DNA of 64,000 nucleotides from Sulfuricaulis sp. (GTDB lineage: Bacteria > Pseudomonadota > Gammaproteobacteria > Acidiferrobacterales > Sulfurifustaceae), in contig NZ_JANLGY010000017.1 in assembly GCF_024653915.1 (NCBI RefSeq), positions 51,088 to 115,087 of the forward strand, written 5' to 3'. How positions within the stretch are numbered: position 1 is the first letter of the stretch; each line of letters starts with the position of its first letter. This document shows positions 61,040-64,000 of this stretch, piece after piece. Position numbers and translations under genes: made by a program. The notes below the pieces were generated by a model, which searched no databases, was not told where the DNA came from, and saw only the letters and a list, made by a program, of their open reading frames with translations.

Positions 61040-61106
61040 GTAGGGGCACAATTCATTGCGCCCGGTGAGGTGGAATTGAACAGGGCGCGATAAATCGCGC
61101 CCCTAC
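61040..61106. repeat. GTAG-type REP doublet (REPIN-like)
   Basis: GTAG-GGGCACAA-TTC-ATTGCGCCC (61040-63) and inverted GGGCGCGA-TAAA-TCGCGCCC-CTAC (61083-106), with a 19-nt spacer. Confidence 0.9.
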
Positions 61107-61181
61107 ATACCGAAACCCGGTTTGACCTTCGCCGGCAAGTGGTTTTGAATGTGCGCCTGTTTTTGTCTGCCCGGAGCTGAA

Positions 61182-62423
61182 ATGTCCCTGATTCGTCCTT
61201 TCACCGGCCTGCGCCCGGCGCCCCGTCGCGCCGGAGATGTCATCGCGCCACCTTACGACGTGCTTAATTCGGAGGAAGCGCGCATACGCGCCAAGGACAA
61301 GCCCTGGAGTTTTTTGCACGTCTCCAAGCCCGAGATCGATCTGCCCGTGGGCACCGACCCGTACAGCGCGGCCGTATACGCCAAAGGCAAGGAAAATTTC
61401 GCAAAGATTCTCAAAGAGGGCGTGCTCGGGCGTGACCCGGAGCCTTGTTACTATGTTTACCGCCTCGTGATGGGTGCGCACCAACAGACCGGGATCGTGG
61501 CGGCGGCTTCGATTCACGCCTACGACGCCAATCGCATCCGCAAACACGAATTCACGCGCCCGGACAAGGAAGACGACCGTGTGCGGCAAATCGAGGCGCT
61601 GAACGCCCAGACCGGTCCGGTGTTTTTGACGTACCGCCAATCATCCGCCGTAGATACGATCATCGACAAGCTAACGCTCGGTACAGCCGACGTGGACATC
61701 GCCGCCGACGATGGCGTGCAACATACGTTGTGGGCCATGCGTGATCCCCATCAGATCGATGCCATCACGGGCCTGTTCGATTCCATGGACCGTCTTTATA
61801 TCGCCGACGGCCACCACCGCTCGGCGGCGGCCTCGCGCGTGGCGGCGTCACGACGCGTGAAAAATCCGCAATTCACCGGCAATGAATCGTTCAATTATTT
61901 TCTCGCCGTGATATTCCCCGACAACCAGATGCAGATCCTGGATTACAACCGCGTGGTCAAGGATCTGAACGGTCTGTCGCGTGAGAGTTTTCTGAAACGT
62001 ATTGAAACGGCTTTTACCTTAATGCCGGAATCATCGATGGTAAAACCCGGCCGCACCGGTGAGTTCGGCCTGTATATGAAGGGCCAGTGGTACCGATTGA
62101 ACATTAAGCCAGATCGCATCCCCGCAGATGATCCGGTGCGACGACTGGACGTGAGCCTGCTGCAGGACAATCTCATCACGCCGGTGCTGGGAATCGACGA
62201 CCCGCGCCGTGACAAGCGCATCGATTTTGTTGGTGGCATTCGCGGCCTGAAAGAACTCGAACGGCGCGTGGACTCAGGCGAAATGGCTTGCGCGTTTTCG
62301 CTTTATCCCACCTCGATGGCAGACCTCATGAGCGTCGCCGATGCCGGTGAAGTCATGCCGCCCAAGTCCACCTGGTTCGAACCCAAGCTGGCCGACGGGC
62401 TGGTGTCGCACGTGCTGGATTGA
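61182..62423 (+). CDS. DUF1015-family protein
   Basis: APPYDV, IRKHEFTRPDKEDDR, YIADGHHRSAAA and MPPKSTWFEPKL motifs; GGAG RBS. Confidence 0.9.
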   Translation: MSLIRPFTGLRPAPRRAGDVIAPPYDVLNSEEARIRAKDKPWSFLHVSKPEIDLPVGTDPYSAAVYAKGKENFAKILKEGVLGRDPEPCYYVYRLVMGAHQQTGIVAAASIHAYDANRIRKHEFTRPDKEDDRVRQIEALNAQTGPVFLTYRQSSAVDTIIDKLTLGTADVDIAADDGVQHTLWAMRDPHQIDAITGLFDSMDRLYIADGHHRSAAASRVAASRRVKNPQFTGNESFNYFLAVIFPDNQMQILDYNRVVKDLNGLSRESFLKRIETAFTLMPESSMVKPGRTGEFGLYMKGQWYRLNIKPDRIPADDPVRRLDVSLLQDNLITPVLGIDDPRRDKRIDFVGGIRGLKELERRVDSGEMACAFSLYPTSMADLMSVADAGEVMPPKSTWFEPKLADGLVSHVLD

Positions 62424-62462
62424 GCCGAGCCGGCGATGGCGCGGCACAGGCCCCCGTACAGA

Positions 62463-63332
62463 TCAGGTGACCCCGGATTTCTGGCCCAGGTCGGGGCTGT
62501 AAACTTTAAAACCGCTCTGCGTGTGTTTGGCCTCGTACATCGCGGCGTCCGCGGCGCACATCAGACTATCGGTTTCGTTGCCGTGTTCGGGAAACAGGGC
62601 GATGCCGAGACTGGCGCCGATGTCGAAGTTTCGGTCGCCGATCTGGAGCGGCCTTGAGAACGCCGCCAGGATTTTGCGCGCTACCGTGTCGGACGCGCGC
62701 GCGCATGATTTGACGCGCGCCGCTGCCTGCTGTAATACCTGATCGCCGGCATGATGACCGAGGGTATCGTTGATATCCTTGAAGTGGTCCAGATCCATGA
62801 CCATCAACGCGAAACAGTGTTTCTTGCGGCGCCCGGTGAGCACGGCCTGCTGCAAACGCTCGGTGAACAAGGTCCGGTTCGGCAGATCCGTGAGCGGGTC
62901 GTAAAAGGCGAGATGCTGGATCCGCTCTTGCGCCCGCCGGTATTCGTGCCGCACCGCGGCCTCCTTGAGTTCGCGTTCAATGGCCGGAACCAGGCGCGCG
63001 AGGTTGCCTTTCATGATGTAATCGTGCGCCCCGGCCTTCATGGCCGCGACCGCGCGGTCCTCGCCGATGGTGCCGGAGACGATGATGAACGGTATGTCGG
63101 GCTTGAGTTGCTGCACGAGCCGTAGCGCCTCCATGCCGTTGAACCGCGGCATCGTGAAGTCGGAAATAACGATGTCCCAGTCCTGGCCGTCGAGCGCGGC
63201 ACTCATGGCATCGGCCGTTTCCACCCGCTCGCAGACCGGGTCGTAGCCGGCGCGGCGCAACTCGCGCAGCAGCAGCTCGGTGTCGGTCTCCGAGTCCTCG
63301 ACGATCAGGACGTGCAGTGGGGTGAGGGGCAT
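62463..63332 (-). CDS. Response regulator (REC) with a GGDEF-type domain lacking the GGDEF motif
   Basis: VEDS, ISDFTMP and IMK in REC; DPLTDLPNR, DLDHFKDINDTLGHHAGD, then SDTVAR joined directly to KIL, then ASLGIALFP and ADAAMYEAK. Confidence 0.88.
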   Translation of the reverse strand: MPLTPLHVLIVEDSETDTELLLRELRRAGYDPVCERVETADAMSAALDGQDWDIVISDFTMPRFNGMEALRLVQQLKPDIPFIIVSGTIGEDRAVAAMKAGAHDYIMKGNLARLVPAIERELKEAAVRHEYRRAQERIQHLAFYDPLTDLPNRTLFTERLQQAVLTGRRKKHCFALMVMDLDHFKDINDTLGHHAGDQVLQQAAARVKSCARASDTVARKILAAFSRPLQIGDRNFDIGASLGIALFPEHGNETDSLMCAADAAMYEAKHTQSGFKVYSPDLGQKSGVT

Positions 63333-63342
63333 CGGCGATCCC

Positions 63343-64000
63343 TTAATCGACAGGCCCGATTTTCCAGGGCGACGTCGGGAACCAGCTTTTCAGCGCCTCG
63401 CAGGTTTGTGGCCGGCATATGAAGTAGCCTTGGGCCTCGTCACAGCCGAGGGCGGCAAGCGCGTCGAACGTCTCCTTCGTTTCCACGCCTTCCGCGACGA
63501 CGGTGAGACCCAGGTTATGACCGAGCTCGACCACCGTGCGCACGATCATTGCGTCGCTTTTATTCGCAAGCATTCCCATGACGAATGATTTATCGATCTT
63601 GATCTCGTTGATGGGCAAGTGCTTGATGCTGGCGAGCGAGGTATAGCCGGTACCGAAGTCGTCAATGGAGAGCCATGTGCCCATGCGGCTTAGCGCCACA
63701 AGGGTCTCCTCGGCGCGTTTCGGGTCGAGAACGATGGCGCTCTCGGTGATTTCCAGCGTCAACTGGCCCGGTTCGGCGCTGGTTGCCTTGAGCGCTTCCT
63801 CGATTATTTCCGGCAGGTGCGGGTCGTGCAGCGAACGCGCCGAGAGGTTCACGCTCACCCGCAGTTGAATGCCCTGGCGGCGTGCGCCCTGGCAGTGGCC
63901 CAGCGCGTCGGTTAGCACCCAACGGGTCAGCGGGCTGATGAGCCCGGTGTGCTCCGCAGCCACGATAAATTTATCGGGCATGAGCAAGCCGCGGCGCGGG
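63343..64000 (-). CDS. EAL-domain c-di-GMP phosphodiesterase, 3' part (truncated by window edge)
   Basis: SVNLS, LEITES, IDDFGTGYTSL, IKIDKSFV, VAEGVE and AQGY motifs intact. Confidence 0.93.
   Translation of the reverse strand, partial: PRRGLLMPDKFIVAAEHTGLISPLTRWVLTDALGHCQGARRQGIQLRVSVNLSARSLHDPHLPEIIEEALKATSAEPGQLTLEITESAIVLDPKRAEETLVALSRMGTWLSIDDFGTGYTSLASIKHLPINEIKIDKSFVMGMLANKSDAMIVRTVVELGHNLGLTVVAEGVETKETFDALAALGCDEAQGYFICRPQTCEALKSWFPTSPWKIGPVD

Overview
A housekeeping-rich window from a GC-rich proteobacterial chromosome. Gene order and the 14-gene nuo operon with separate nuoC and nuoD suggest a gamma/beta-type lineage; this is inference. Gene order: carA(3' end)-carB-greA, yhbY, rlmE-ftsH-folP-glmM-tpiA-secG-tRNA-Leu(GAG), nuoA-N, a small secreted protein, an MFS transporter, a cupin, a membrane protein, tRNA-fMet-rimP-nusA-infB-rbfA-truB-rpsO-pnp, an AT-rich lipoprotein, a frameshifted YbhB/YbcL gene, mlaA, rpsP-rimM-trmD-rplS, ogt-xerD, rep helicase, a GpsA-like dehydrogenase, a hydrolase-dacB pair, gltA, a DAHP synthase, an ArfB-like factor, a cold-shock protein, a NarX-like sensor diguanylate cyclase, RsmB-family methyltransferase, aguB/aguA, a DUF1015 protein and two c-di-GMP genes. 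I found no transposase, phage integrase (only housekeeping XerD), phage gene or CRISPR array. The unusual signal is mostly non-coding. (1) Nine inverted repeats have arms built from tandem 8-10 nt units; they sit at gene junctions and sometimes supply stop codons or protein tails. (2) One of them encloses five extra hairpins. (3) A palindromic element appears inserted in frame in ogt. (4) Two interleaved inverted-repeat pairs bracket ogt-xerD. (5) A 49-codon ORF between nuoA and nuoB echoes the NuoB VRGCDR motif. (6) A REC-GGDEF gene has lost exactly its GGDEF motif by an in-frame deletion. (7) An (ACT)8 tract lies in the sensor cyclase. All coordinates were counted by hand; family names come from motif recognition, not database searches.
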